Positions 39,550-49,977 of a stretch of 64,000 bases of DNA are shown one piece after another; the first letter of the stretch is position 1, and each line of letters opens with the position of its first letter. Origin of the DNA: Thermodesulfovibrionales bacterium. Its GTDB lineage: Bacteria; Nitrospirota; Thermodesulfovibrionia; Thermodesulfovibrionales; UBA6898. The stretch is taken from contig JBIOIY010000001.1 in assembly GCA_044450345.1 (NCBI GenBank), positions 96,001-160,000 on the forward strand, written 5' to 3'. The notes beneath the pieces are model-generated. The model made no database searches and had not been told where the DNA came from. It was given only the letters and a program-made list of their open reading frames with translations. A program made the translations under genes and the position numbers.

Positions 39550-40357
39550 GAATACACAACCGATAGGAGTGTTCGATTCGGGTATCGGGGGATTGACAGT
39601 GCTGAAGGAGATACTCAGTGAACTACCCCTTGAGAGCACGGTCTATCTCGGCGACACGGCCAGGGTGCCCTACGGCATAAGGTCCCCGGAAACCGTTACG
39701 CGGTATTCCTTCGAAAATACCAGGTTCCTCTCTTCCAAGGGAATAAAAATGCTTGTGGTGGCATGCAACACGGTCTCGGCGGTCAGTCTTGAAGCGATCA
39801 AAAGGTCCCTCGGAATTCCCGTCATCGGCGTCATAGAGCCGGGCGCAAAGGCCGCGGTGAACGCGACAAAGAACAAACGAGTGGGTGTGATAGGAACATC
39901 GGCCACGATCAGAAGCAGTTCCTATACAAAGGCGATACAGGCGCTTGACCCCTCGGTCGAAGTCTTCGCGCTCCCCTGCCCTCTTTTTGTGCCCCTCGTA
40001 GAGGAGGGCTGGACTGACGGCCCCATTGTCGAGATGACGGCGGAACGATACCTCAGGGCGATAAGGGAAAAGGCGGTCGATACGCTCGTCCTCGGCTGCA
40101 CCCATTATCCGCTTCTAAAAACCGTTTTATCTATGGTTATGGGGAGAGGCGTAAGACTCATAGACTCTGCGATAGAAACCGCGGGCGAGATAAAGAAAAC
40201 CCTCGGCGGCATTTCCCTCCTCAATACGTCTGAAGGCAGCGCCTCCCGGGAATTTTACGTGACGGATTCGCCCGATAAATTCATCGAGATCGGTGAACGG
40301 TTTCTGGGCAGAAAGATCGATTTTATAAAAAAAATCGAATTAGGACCGGAGGTATAA
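39542..40357 (+). CDS. murI: Glutamate racemase
   Basis: FDSGIGG, DTARVPYG, ACNT, LGCTHYP. Confidence 0.97.
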   Translation: MIENTQPIGVFDSGIGGLTVLKEILSELPLESTVYLGDTARVPYGIRSPETVTRYSFENTRFLSSKGIKMLVVACNTVSAVSLEAIKRSLGIPVIGVIEPGAKAAVNATKNKRVGVIGTSATIRSSSYTKAIQALDPSVEVFALPCPLFVPLVEEGWTDGPIVEMTAERYLRAIREKAVDTLVLGCTHYPLLKTVLSMVMGRGVRLIDSAIETAGEIKKTLGGISLLNTSEGSASREFYVTDSPDKFIEIGERFLGRKIDFIKKIELGPEV

Positions 40358-40360
40358 CTC

Positions 40361-41098
40361 ATGCGGCCTGACGGCAGACAGTACAACGAATTACGCGAAG
40401 TAAAAATAACACGCGATTTTATCAGCACCGCCGAGGGCTCTGCACTTATAGAACTCGGGAGGACGCGCGTCATTTGTACGGCGACCGTCGAAGACAAGGT
40501 GCCTCTTTTTCTCAAGGACCAGAACAGGGGATGGGTAACGGCAGAATATTCAATGCTTCCCAGGGCGACCCAGACAAGGACTATGCGGGAGTCGACCGCA
40601 GGGAGAATCAGCGGCCGGACCCATGAGATCCAAAGACTGATCGGAAGGTCTTTGAGGTCCGTTGTCGACCTCGGGAGCATCGGCCAGAGGACATTCTGGA
40701 TTGATTGCGACGTCATCCAGGCGGATGGAGGCACAAGGACCGCGGCGATTACAGGCGCCTTTATCTGCCTCGCCGACGCCTGCGGGTTGGCTGTGAGGAA
40801 AGGGCTTCTTCAGAAGAACCCTATAAAGGACTATCTTGCGGCAGTCAGCGTCGGCATAGTCAATGGAGAAAATATGCTCGACCTCTGCTATCAGGAAGAC
40901 TCTTCCGCCGACGTAGACATGAACATCGTAATGACCGGGAAAGGACAGCTTGTCGAGATCCAGGGGACGGCGGAGGCCCACCCTTTTTCGACGGAGACCC
41001 TCGGCAATCTCATTGCGTTATCCAAGGAAGGCATCGCCAGAATGATCTCACTTCAAAAAGGTCTGATCGCGGACGGTCCTTATCCCCTGTCCATTTGA
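40361..41098 (+). CDS. rph: Ribonuclease PH
   Basis: [43 protein letters not shown]. Confidence 0.98.
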   Translation: MRPDGRQYNELREVKITRDFISTAEGSALIELGRTRVICTATVEDKVPLFLKDQNRGWVTAEYSMLPRATQTRTMRESTAGRISGRTHEIQRLIGRSLRSVVDLGSIGQRTFWIDCDVIQADGGTRTAAITGAFICLADACGLAVRKGLLQKNPIKDYLAAVSVGIVNGENMLDLCYQEDSSADVDMNIVMTGKGQLVEIQGTAEAHPFSTETLGNLIALSKEGIARMISLQKGLIADGPYPLSI

Positions 41099-41148
41099 GC
41101 AACGGTACCCTTGCATACATGCGGCCCCGGGAACGTCATTAAGAGGCT

Positions 41149-41261
41149 TGAATCGGCCAGCGAGCGCATTCCCCGCGGCTTGCTGCGGGGTTAGCGAGCG
41201 AATATTATTAAGAAGAATTCCTTGCGCTAAGAACCCTGCGGTCTTGCCGCAGGGTTCTTCA
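41149..41261 (-). mobile_element. Small non-autonomous palindromic element, copy 2
   Basis: 113 bp, TGAA/TTCA ends, hairpins AAGAACCCTGCGG..CCGCAGGGTTCTT and CCCCGCGGC..GCTGCGGGG. Confidence 0.7.
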
Positions 41262-41341
41262 TTTATGATTACGCATGTGATTCAAAGTTATTTTTTTTAT
41301 ATGTTATATGCTAAAATAGGAGCTGGTTATGGAGGAAAAAT

Positions 41342-43141
41342 TTGAACACGTATAGAAGTCTCTTTATATGGCTGCTCATAGGATTGATGGTGATACTGCT
41401 TTTCAATCTTCTGAACGCCCCGAAAAAATCCCAGGAAGAGATAATCTTCTCCGATTTCATGACGAAACTTGAGGGAACGCAGGTCGATGAGGTCACCATA
41501 AAAGAAAACGCCATAACCGGCCGCTTTAAGGACGGCGTAAAGTTCAAGACTTATTACACGGACTACCCGGACCTCGTCAAGGCCCTCCGTTCCCAGAACG
41601 TGAAGATAACCGTCAAACCGCCCGACCAAAACCCGTGGTACGTCAACCTCTTTTTCACCTGGGGGCCGATCATATTTATCGCGGTCATCTGGATCTTCTT
41701 TATGCGGCAGATGCAAAGCGGCGGCAACAAGGCGTTATCATTCGGCAAGTCAAAGGCGAGGCTGATTTCCGAGAAGGCCGTGAAGGTCACGTTTGCCGAC
41801 GTGGCAGGAGTCGAAGAGGCGAAGGGCGAGGTGCAGGAAATCATAGACTTTCTCAAGGATCCGCAGAAGTTCCAGAAATTGGGCGGCAAGATACCAAAAG
41901 GTGTTCTTCTCGTGGGGTCACCCGGCACGGGTAAAACCCTCCTTGCAAAGGCTATCGCAGGGGAAGCGGGTGTGCCTTTCTTCAGTATAAGCGGTTCGGA
42001 CTTCGTCGAGATGTTTGTAGGCGTGGGGGCGTCAAGGGTAAGGGACCTTTTTGAACAGGCGAAGAAAAACGCGCCTTGTATTATTTTTATAGACGAGATA
42101 GACGCGGTAGGAAGGCATAGGGGGGCAGGACTCGGCGGCGGACACGATGAGCGCGAGCAGACACTCAACCAGCTGCTGGTCGAAATGGACGGCTTTGAAG
42201 GCACCGAGGGGGTGATCATTATAGCGGCCACAAACAGGCCCGATGTCCTCGACCCGGCACTGCTGAGGCCGGGAAGGTTCGACAGACAAGTCGTCGTCTC
42301 TCTGCCCGACGTGAAGGGCAGGCTTGAGATACTTAAGGTACATACCCGTAATATACCGCTTGACGAGAAGGTCGATCTCGATAAGATAGCGAGGGGAACT
42401 CCAGGATTCTCCGGCGCCGACCTTGCCAATCTCGTAAATGAGGCGGCCCTGCTCGCAGCGAGACAATCGAAGACAAAGGTCGAGAACCCGGACTTCGAAT
42501 CTGCGAAGGACAAGGTACTTATGGGTGTGGAGAGAAAGAGTATGATCATAAGCGACACAGAGAAAAAGAACACCGCCTACCATGAGGCAGGTCACGCTCT
42601 TGTCGCCAAACTCACGCCCGGCACCGACCCGATCCATAAAGTGAGCATAATTCCGAGAGGTAGGGCGCTCGGAGTTACCCAACAACTGCCGATAGACGAC
42701 AGATATACCTATTCGAAAGATTATCTGATCAAGACGCTCCGGGTGCTCATGGGCGGAAGGGTCGCCGAGGAGCTTGCACTGCACCATATGACCACCGGGG
42801 CGGGCAACGATATCGAACGGGCCACTGAACTCGCGAGGAAAATGGTAACTGTCTGGGGAATGAGCGACAAACTGGGACCGCTTTCCTACGGTAAGAAGGA
42901 AGAGCAGATATTCCTTGGGAGGGAGATCGCCCAGCATAAGGACTACAGCGAAAAAACCGCGATCGATATCGACGATGAGGTAAAAAAGGTAGTCTTCGAG
43001 GCATATGAGGCCGCAAAGAATCTGCTGAAAGACAGGTTTGCGCTGCTCGATACTTTTGCAAAGCATCTCCTCGAAAAGGAGACTATGGACGGTCCTGAAA
43101 TAGACCAGATGATCCAGGAATTCGAGGCTCAGACAGTATAA
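41342..43141 (+). CDS. ftsH: ATP-dependent zinc metalloprotease FtsH
   Basis: Two TMs, [28 protein letters not shown]. Confidence 0.98.
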   Translation: MNTYRSLFIWLLIGLMVILLFNLLNAPKKSQEEIIFSDFMTKLEGTQVDEVTIKENAITGRFKDGVKFKTYYTDYPDLVKALRSQNVKITVKPPDQNPWYVNLFFTWGPIIFIAVIWIFFMRQMQSGGNKALSFGKSKARLISEKAVKVTFADVAGVEEAKGEVQEIIDFLKDPQKFQKLGGKIPKGVLLVGSPGTGKTLLAKAIAGEAGVPFFSISGSDFVEMFVGVGASRVRDLFEQAKKNAPCIIFIDEIDAVGRHRGAGLGGGHDEREQTLNQLLVEMDGFEGTEGVIIIAATNRPDVLDPALLRPGRFDRQVVVSLPDVKGRLEILKVHTRNIPLDEKVDLDKIARGTPGFSGADLANLVNEAALLAARQSKTKVENPDFESAKDKVLMGVERKSMIISDTEKKNTAYHEAGHALVAKLTPGTDPIHKVSIIPRGRALGVTQQLPIDDRYTYSKDYLIKTLRVLMGGRVAEELALHHMTTGAGNDIERATELARKMVTVWGMSDKLGPLSYGKKEEQIFLGREIAQHKDYSEKTAIDIDDEVKKVVFEAYEAAKNLLKDRFALLDTFAKHLLEKETMDGPEIDQMIQEFEAQTV

Positions 43142-43158
43142 ACCCCGGGGATCCGGCC

Positions 43159-44004
43159 TTGAACCTGTCCTGGAATAACTTCTCTCTGAACATCTCACGC
43201 AAAACCCACATCATGGGAATCCTGAACGTCACCCCGGATTCCTTTTCAGACGGCGGTCTTCTTTTTGACAAGACGCACGCCGTTGAGGCTTGCCTGCGCA
43301 TGGTGGATGAAGGCGCCGACATCATCGATATCGGAGGTGAATCCACACGGCCGGGATCAGACCCGGTGCCTTTTGATGAAGAACTCCGCAGGACCCTCCC
43401 GGTCATCGAGTCGCTCTCGTCAAAAGTAAAGGTCCCTATTTCCATAGACACCTATAAAGCAGATGTAGCCAGAAGGGCCCTCGATGCAGGTGCATCCATC
43501 GTCAATGATATAAGCGGCCTGACGTACGACCCGGAGATGCCGGCGGTCATTGCGCGGTATAGCGTCCCTGTGGTGATCATGCACATAAAGGGAAGCCCCA
43601 AGAACATGCAGAAGAACCCTTCTTACAATGCGCTGATTCCGGAGATCCTGGAATACTTCAGATCGCGTATCGCTTTTGCGGTGAAATCGGGGATACCGGA
43701 GGACAGGATAATAATCGACCCCGGGATAGGATTCGGAAAAACGTTCGACCACAACCTGGAGATACTGCACAATCTCCGCAAATTCACCACCCTCGGCAGA
43801 CCGGTCCTCATCGGACCATCGAGGAAGGCATTCATAGGCAAAATCCTTGACGATGCCCCCGCCACGGATCGCATCGAAGGCACCTCAGCCGCGGTCGCGA
43901 TCTCGATCATGCAGGGCGCAAACATCGTCCGCGTTCACGATGTCAAAGAGATGGTGAAGGTCGCAAAGGTCGCAGATGCGATAAAAAGGGAACGCGTCGA
44001 CTAA
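43159..44004 (+). CDS. folP: Dihydropteroate synthase
   Basis: GILNVTPDSFSDGG, GGESTRPG, DPGIGFGK, SRK, RVHDV. Confidence 0.97.
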   Translation: MNLSWNNFSLNISRKTHIMGILNVTPDSFSDGGLLFDKTHAVEACLRMVDEGADIIDIGGESTRPGSDPVPFDEELRRTLPVIESLSSKVKVPISIDTYKADVARRALDAGASIVNDISGLTYDPEMPAVIARYSVPVVIMHIKGSPKNMQKNPSYNALIPEILEYFRSRIAFAVKSGIPEDRIIIDPGIGFGKTFDHNLEILHNLRKFTTLGRPVLIGPSRKAFIGKILDDAPATDRIEGTSAAVAISIMQGANIVRVHDVKEMVKVAKVADAIKRERVD

Positions 44005-44014
44005 AACTGACAAT

Positions 44015-44641
44015 TTATCTTCGTGGGTGTTGTCTTCGCCAGTCCACGGGCAACTGCGACAGGCCGTCCTCGCCCCATATCCCCCGCTTCCCCTCCCTCG
44101 CCTGCCTTTGGGCCGATGTAAACTCGTCCACATGTGTAACGTTGGGCGGGAATGTAAATAATACCGCGTAGCCGTCCCTCAACATATCGGCGTTCACCAG
44201 CCTGCCTTCGGTTGTTCTCATATATGCAAGGAGACGGCCGTACTTGTCGCGTCTTTCGACATCATACTCTACATACACATTCCGTAACGGATAGAGGATA
44301 TCTTCGAGATGTCTCTTCGCCCTCTCACCCCATGAGCCCTGCCCCATTTCAGGGGCATCGATCCCGATCAGCCTTATCTTCTCGCGGCGTCCATTGAACG
44401 AAACAGTGACCGTATCGCCGTCGTTCACCCGCACAACCCTCGCGGCATTTCCAGCCTTGTCCCTTACCCCGGCTATAGCCCCTTCACTGAAAATTAGCAA
44501 TAGCGATAGCAAACCAAAGGCTGTCAGGATAATCCTCGACTTCCGTAAACGCGAATCACGGCTATTGTAGGGGCACATTGCAATGTGCCCTCTACTCCCG
44601 TAGCGAAAGGCGGTTTTCCCAACAAATGAATACAGGTTCAT
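44015..44641 (-). CDS. Thermonuclease (staphylococcal nuclease-like)
   Basis: VNDGDT, IRLIGIDAPE, DKYGRLLAY, RGIW; start uncertain because a REP lies in the 5' region. Confidence 0.9.
   Translation of the reverse strand: MNLYSFVGKTAFRYGSRGHIAMCPYNSRDSRLRKSRIILTAFGLLSLLLIFSEGAIAGVRDKAGNAARVVRVNDGDTVTVSFNGRREKIRLIGIDAPEMGQGSWGERAKRHLEDILYPLRNVYVEYDVERRDKYGRLLAYMRTTEGRLVNADMLRDGYAVLFTFPPNVTHVDEFTSAQRQAREGKRGIWGEDGLSQLPVDWRRQHPRR
44567..44595. repeat. GTAG-type REP
   Basis: GTAGGGGCACATTGCAATGTGCCCTCTAC; sister copy at 58026-58053. Confidence 0.8.
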
Positions 44642-44665
44642 ATATTTGAGAAATGTCTCATCTTC

Positions 44666-45832
44666 CTAGTCCACAACCAGAAAGGCGCACTTCAGATACT
44701 CGGTCTCCGGCATAGAAAGAAGGACAGGATGGTCCCTGTCCTGTGAACGGAGTTCAATCAATCTCAGTCCTCTCCGCGCGTCCCTCGATGCATCCCGCAG
44801 CATATCGAGAAACATCTCCTTGCCGAGGTGATAGGAGCACGAAGAGGTCGCAAGCAGGCCGCCCGGCTTTATCAGCCCCATGCAGAGACCGTTCAGCTCG
44901 CGATAGGCCCTTACCGCCTCTTTGATCTTCGCCGAGCTTTTCACAAAGGCAGGCGGATCGCAAACGATGAAATCGTATTTTTCCCCTTCTTCCGCCGTCT
45001 TCTTTTTCAAGAAAGAGAAGACGTTGTCTTGGACAAACACGGCCTTGCCCCGAAGCGAATTCATCTCAGCGTTTTTCACTGCGCGTTTTGTCGCGCTCTC
45101 AGACTCATCGATACCCGTCATCTCCGCCCCCCGGGAGGCGAGACTCAACGACCATGCACCGGTATAACAAAAAAGATCAAGCCCCCTCCCGCCCTTTACG
45201 TATCGTCTGAGCGCCCTTCTGTTTTCTTTCTGGTCCAAAAAAAATCCGGTCTTCTGGCCTTCGTAGGGATCGACTTCGAAAGCCACCCCGCCCTCCTCGA
45301 TCACAGGAAGCTCGTCAAGAGAGCCCTTCGCCACTTCCTTATAGAGTGAAAGTCCTTCGAGAATGCGAGAACGACCCTCATTCTTCAGGACTATGACGTC
45401 CGGGTCGAGCATCTCGTCAATCAGACCGATAAGCAGGTCTTTTATGCGTTCGATACCATAGGTAAGGAGCTGAAGGACGATACACCTGCCGTACTTGTCG
45501 ACGATCAGTCCGGGAAAATAATCCCCCTCGCTGTATATAAGCCTGAGGGCATCGCGGTCTTCGAATAACCTTTCCCTTAAGTCAAAAGCTTCACGCAGCC
45601 GTCTTTTAAAAAAGTCCCGGTTTATCTCCTCACGCTCCCACGAAAGTATCCTTATCGAGATAAGACTATTGGGGTTTATGTAGCCCGTCCCGAGAAAGTT
45701 TTCCTGCCGGTCAAAGAGCTCCACGAGAGAACCCGGAATATACCCTTTCAGATTTTCGTAGATCTCGTTCGAAAACACCCACAGGTGTCCCCCGTGGATC
45801 CTCTTCGTTCTTTTTAGATGGACCCTCTGCAT
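44666..45832 (-). CDS. RlmI/YccW-like SAM-dependent rRNA methyltransferase
   Basis: GHLWVFSNE, EGDYFPGL, GQKTGFFLDQ, DLFCYTG, DPPAF, SSCS, ETEYLK. Confidence 0.9.
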   Translation of the reverse strand: MQRVHLKRTKRIHGGHLWVFSNEIYENLKGYIPGSLVELFDRQENFLGTGYINPNSLISIRILSWEREEINRDFFKRRLREAFDLRERLFEDRDALRLIYSEGDYFPGLIVDKYGRCIVLQLLTYGIERIKDLLIGLIDEMLDPDVIVLKNEGRSRILEGLSLYKEVAKGSLDELPVIEEGGVAFEVDPYEGQKTGFFLDQKENRRALRRYVKGGRGLDLFCYTGAWSLSLASRGAEMTGIDESESATKRAVKNAEMNSLRGKAVFVQDNVFSFLKKKTAEEGEKYDFIVCDPPAFVKSSAKIKEAVRAYRELNGLCMGLIKPGGLLATSSCSYHLGKEMFLDMLRDASRDARRGLRLIELRSQDRDHPVLLSMPETEYLKCAFLVVD

Positions 45833-45847
45833 ATTACCTTTCTTCTG

Positions 45848-46387
45848 CTATTTGATGAATAAGAAAAATCCATTCACAAAATATACAATGCCGAAGACAC
45901 CCACGATGCAGCCGAGCAGCCAGAGGAGTTTTTTCTTCATCAGGGCGGCGATGGAAGACAGGAGGATCGCTATCTGCAGGAATATCACCGCCATGCCGAA
46001 GGCCTTGGAATGTTTCTGTGCGTCGTCCCTGATTCTCTCCAACTCCCTCGCATCTCTGTCTATCTTCGCCTTTTCCTCGTCGTATTTTTTTATCTTTTTT
46101 GCATACACGTCTATCTTCTTCTCATACTCCTCTGCCAAAGACTTCGAGGCCCTCGGACCCATAGCCTTCAGTTCGAGTTCGAGCTTTTCCTTCTGTATCT
46201 CATAGACATAGCCCTTGATACTCTTGGACTGGTAATACGACCATTGGTCGGACGCCTTGCTCTGGCTCATTACAGCCAGGGTAGAATAATTTCCGCCCTT
46301 GAAGGTAGACAGCGTAGCACAGACAGCCAGAATAACCGTTGTCAGCGCAAGATAGTTCAGCCATTTTTCCTTTTTTTCTTCCACCAT
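45848..46387 (-). CDS. DUF4337-like membrane protein
   Basis: ALTT..LAV, ASDQWSYYQSKSIK, coiled coil, LQIAILLSSIA. Confidence 0.75.
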   Translation of the reverse strand: MVEEKKEKWLNYLALTTVILAVCATLSTFKGGNYSTLAVMSQSKASDQWSYYQSKSIKGYVYEIQKEKLELELKAMGPRASKSLAEEYEKKIDVYAKKIKKYDEEKAKIDRDARELERIRDDAQKHSKAFGMAVIFLQIAILLSSIAALMKKKLLWLLGCIVGVFGIVYFVNGFFLFIK

Positions 46388-46473
46388 TATTCGGTTCTCC
46401 TCACATTTGTTTTATTATTATAGAAGATTAATGATATCAATAAAATAGAAATGACAGTGATTGGTCACAAAAA

Positions 46474-46565
46474 GTTTACCCCGTGAGAATGCCCCGCTGC
46501 TTGCGGCTGGGATCCCCATGTGAGCATTCCCTTAGAAGGGCGAAATGTCTTCTCACGGGGTTTAC
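46474..46565. repeat. REP/MITE-like element
   Basis: ACCCCGTGAGAA / TTCTCACGGGGT inverted ends, GTTTAC at both boundaries. Confidence 0.7.
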
Positions 46566-46616
46566 TTACACCATCTAACTGTGATATAAATACGGAACAT
46601 CTTTTAGAGAGCTGAC

Positions 46617-47186
46617 TTGTCAAAAAAATCCAGACGGAAAACAACTGAACATGACGCCGATGCCGGGTTGCCGAAAGGCGCCTCCATAAGCGTCAAACGT
46701 TTCGCCTTCACCTATCTTGCCCTTATGGGGGCCTTTTTCGTACTTATAGGATTCAAACCAATTCAAGATATTATTGATCTTAACGGTGTCTATACCGCCG
46801 GCGTTGTGCTGGCCACGTCGAAACTCCTAAGCGTGCTGAATATTCCCTGCACGTACCAGGGGTCCATTATCAATCTCCCTTCGATATCGCTGGACATCAA
46901 ATTCGGGTGCAATGGCCTTGAGGCCGTGATGATCTATTCTGTTGCGGTCGTTGCCTTCCCCTCGACGTGGAAGAATAAATTGATCGGAGTGGTAGGGGGC
47001 TTCGCCGTTATTCAGGTGGTGAATATTCTTAGGATCGCCTCATTGGCCTATTCCGGAATCCATTTCAAGAGCCTCTTCGAGGTTATCCATATCTATATTG
47101 CTCAGGGCATGATGATCGCTGTCTCCCTTGCCGTATTTTTCCTTTATCTGCATTATGCAAGAACCGAGACAACGGCCGCTGCTTAA
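46617..47186 (+). CDS. Exosortase/archaeosortase family protein (exosortase H-like)
   Basis: Multi-TM; GCNGLEA (Cys), NILRI (Arg), IHIY (His). Confidence 0.85.
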   Translation: MSKKSRRKTTEHDADAGLPKGASISVKRFAFTYLALMGAFFVLIGFKPIQDIIDLNGVYTAGVVLATSKLLSVLNIPCTYQGSIINLPSISLDIKFGCNGLEAVMIYSVAVVAFPSTWKNKLIGVVGGFAVIQVVNILRIASLAYSGIHFKSLFEVIHIYIAQGMMIAVSLAVFFLYLHYARTETTAAA

Positions 47187-47724
47187 GAAGACGGTCTTTG
47201 GGGCCGTCGCCATCTTTCTCGTTTCGTACGTCGTCTTTCTTTTCCTCTGGATTCAGATAAAGGACTCCTATGGAACTGCCGTCACCGTTACCGCGTCCAA
47301 ACTTCTCACCTTGGTGAAGAATGTCTCCTTCGAAGAAAAGACGATCAGCGGCGATACTGTCGAGGCGACGTTCGCGCCTTCGGACCGGAGGGAGATGCTT
47401 ATCGACATACCCGTCAGGACGTCTTCCTATACGTTCAACGCCCCTCTGACTTTTTCTTTCATGACCGCGCTGTACCTCTTCATCAGAAGAAGGAGGAGAG
47501 CCTATGCCGAGGCCATACTGATACTACTTGCAGTACACTTGCTCTATGTATTTTCTCTGGAGTTGAAGACGTTGACTGAGATCCTTATTCAGAGGGGCAT
47601 CGCAAAAGAAAGCGCGCCGCAACTGGTTTTAAGCCAGTTCCTCTGGAGCTTTACGGACAATATGGTGATACGGTTTGAACCCTTCCTGATAGGTTTTTAT
47701 ATGTTCACCAGGTTCGGCAGATAG
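47155..47724 (+). CDS. Probable exosortase-associated membrane protein
   Basis: Multi-TM ORF overlapping exosortase 3' end; FNAPLT motif. Confidence 0.65.
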   Translation: MQEPRQRPLLKKTVFGAVAIFLVSYVVFLFLWIQIKDSYGTAVTVTASKLLTLVKNVSFEEKTISGDTVEATFAPSDRREMLIDIPVRTSSYTFNAPLTFSFMTALYLFIRRRRRAYAEAILILLAVHLLYVFSLELKTLTEILIQRGIAKESAPQLVLSQFLWSFTDNMVIRFEPFLIGFYMFTRFGR

Positions 47725-47799
47725 CGGCCGATGTCGCCCTCATTACTTCCCCGGCAATCCTGTTAAGGGCCGGGACCGTGCATATGCCGGATTCCTGCC

Positions 47800-49977
47800 T
47801 CAATACCACATCAATGCTTCGAAGTCCTCCGTCGGTACGAGTATACTTATATGCCCCCTCCAGGGACACCGTTCGATCTCCTCGCCGCCTTTCCTGACGG
47901 AGATGAAGAGATTGATCTCATCTCTCTCTCTCGCCCGCAGGTCGGCAAAAGGGATGCCGATCTCGAATATTTCGAGCGCAGCGACTTCGTTGATCTCCTT
48001 CAATTTCTTCCACTGTTCATTCGTTTTTTCGAAAAGTTCAGCCTTGTTCCCCTCTCCCTTAAGGGGATACGCTATTTTAATGCCGCCGGGACGTGACGTG
48101 ATGATCGAAAATTCTATATCCTCATCGAACTCGGCAAAGGGGACCTTTGGATCTATCCTCAGGAAAAGCGTATCCTTGTTAAAGCCGTAAAAGACCGTAG
48201 AGATAAGACTCTCGGATTTGTGCATGCTGCCGCCTGATTTCTTCACATCCAATTGGGCCCCCTGATACCACTCATAGTAGCTCGTAACGAGCCCGTCTAT
48301 CTTGGGTTTGATGAACCCTCTGATCATAAGCGTCGGAGAAACTCCCCTGTCGAGACGCAGAATGGGAACGAAGAGTTCGGCAGGGACCTCCTTGCCGGCC
48401 ACCTTATAGACCTTCATCAGATTAAACCTGAAGAGTTCGTCAAAATCCTCCTGCGTTTCCGTCGAATGCTCATCGCCGTACCACCAGTTCCAGTCGCTCC
48501 CCTCCGCCACATAAATCGCCTTCCAGGCATCTGCAGTGTCAAGAGACGGGTTCTGCTTCTCTATTTCCTTAAGTTTGTCTCTTGTTTCCGCAAGATAATC
48601 CCAGGCGAGGTTATCTTCTTCATGGCCCAGCCATATCCCGAAATTGGAGTTTATCCAGGAGCCCGGGAACACGTGATCGAGTCTTTCCCCCCTGCCAAAC
48701 TCGTTGATGAAGCCGGAGATAGTGGTCGTCTTCACCCTATCCTCCTTTGAAAGCCCCTCATAGAGATAGAGAAAAAAATCGCGGCCGTCATTTTTGTAGT
48801 GCTCCCACGCGTTCTCACCGTCGAGGATGATCGATACCAGGCCCGGCGCATCGCTGTTCAGAGAATTCCGGATCGCCCTTAACCTGCTTATCAGGTCTTC
48901 AGCGGCCTTCCTGGGGTCCCATTGTGAATAGACAAAGCCGAGGAGATCGGAGATCACATGATCTCTGAATACAAGGGAGACACCTTCATGCATATATGCC
49001 TTGTAAAGCAGGTCCGGCTGGGTCAGGCCGCCTGAGTTGTCCCTGAGACGCCTGTTCAGGGAATGGGAGAGGATCCCCTCGTCGGTAGCAAGCCACTGCA
49101 CCCCGTGTCGCGCGGCGATCCTGACCACCTCCTCGCTCACCGACCCCTCCGAAGGCCACATGCCTACGGGCCTGAATCCAAAGACCTTCTCGAAGTATTC
49201 GATCCCCATCCTTATTTGCGCATCCGCGTCATCGGGATGGATGAAGCGCTGCCTCGGAAGCCGCACGTTAGGCATGGCCGCACGCGCTGTGTCGGTATCG
49301 CAGATGAGCGGCAGAATCGGGTGATAAAAGGGCGAAAAAGAAAGTTCGACCTGCCCCCCTGACGCCATCTCCCTGTATGTCGGGACGATCCTTTTCACAA
49401 TCTCCAATTGTTTTTCGAGTAAAAGCGTCTTTTCCTCTTCGCTGAAATTATGGCCCTTGTCCGACAGCATTCTGAGAAAGGGGTCCTTTTCCCTGAAGAG
49501 GGGGTCTATCCAGCACAGGTTGAAGAAAACCTGGAGGTCCAGGAAATCACTGTCGGTAAAATATTTGATGGCCCTTATGAGGTCGCTTTTTATGAGGTGT
49601 GTCCCTCTCTTCACGAGGAGCTCATAATATTTCGGGAAGGGCTTGATCATATTTTCCCAGTGGGCGAGAAAGAAATTCTCCAGTATGAAGATCTTATCTT
49701 CCCCGCTTAGTTCCTTTGCGTTTTTCCTGCTTATTTCCAGGTAGAGGTCCTTTGCGTTCCCTTCCGAATAATCTAGGAGCTGTTCGAGAAGCGAAGGAAC
49801 AAGATTGAAGTTCTGCCGAACAGCAGGGAAGTCTTTCAGTATCTCGACCATGTCGAGATAGTCCTTAGTGCCGTGGAGCCGCGCCCACGGCAGCCGGTAG
49901 TATCCGCTGAGAGGGTCCCTGTAATAGGGCTGGTGCATATGCCAGACAAAGGCGACGTAGAGAGGATTATCTCTCAT
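47800..49977 (-). CDS. Glycoside hydrolase family 57 (amylopullulanase-like)
   Basis: WHMHQP, PFYHPILP, WPSEG, LDGENAWE, AEGSDWNWW. Confidence 0.93.
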   Translation of the reverse strand: MRDNPLYVAFVWHMHQPYYRDPLSGYYRLPWARLHGTKDYLDMVEILKDFPAVRQNFNLVPSLLEQLLDYSEGNAKDLYLEISRKNAKELSGEDKIFILENFFLAHWENMIKPFPKYYELLVKRGTHLIKSDLIRAIKYFTDSDFLDLQVFFNLCWIDPLFREKDPFLRMLSDKGHNFSEEEKTLLLEKQLEIVKRIVPTYREMASGGQVELSFSPFYHPILPLICDTDTARAAMPNVRLPRQRFIHPDDADAQIRMGIEYFEKVFGFRPVGMWPSEGSVSEEVVRIAARHGVQWLATDEGILSHSLNRRLRDNSGGLTQPDLLYKAYMHEGVSLVFRDHVISDLLGFVYSQWDPRKAAEDLISRLRAIRNSLNSDAPGLVSIILDGENAWEHYKNDGRDFFLYLYEGLSKEDRVKTTTISGFINEFGRGERLDHVFPGSWINSNFGIWLGHEEDNLAWDYLAETRDKLKEIEKQNPSLDTADAWKAIYVAEGSDWNWWYGDEHSTETQEDFDELFRFNLMKVYKVAGKEVPAELFVPILRLDRGVSPTLMIRGFIKPKIDGLVTSYYEWYQGAQLDVKKSGGSMHKSESLISTVFYGFNKDTLFLRIDPKVPFAEFDEDIEFSIITSRPGGIKIAYPLKGEGNKAELFEKTNEQWKKLKEINEVAALEIFEIGIPFADLRARERDEINLFISVRKGGEEIERCPWRGHISILVPTEDFEALMWY

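Noticed and set aside
41563..43198. 336-aa and 388-aa minus-strand ORFs
   Set aside because: Antisense shadows of ftsH; similar shadows occur over aspS, lpdA, mutS and the SPFH gene.
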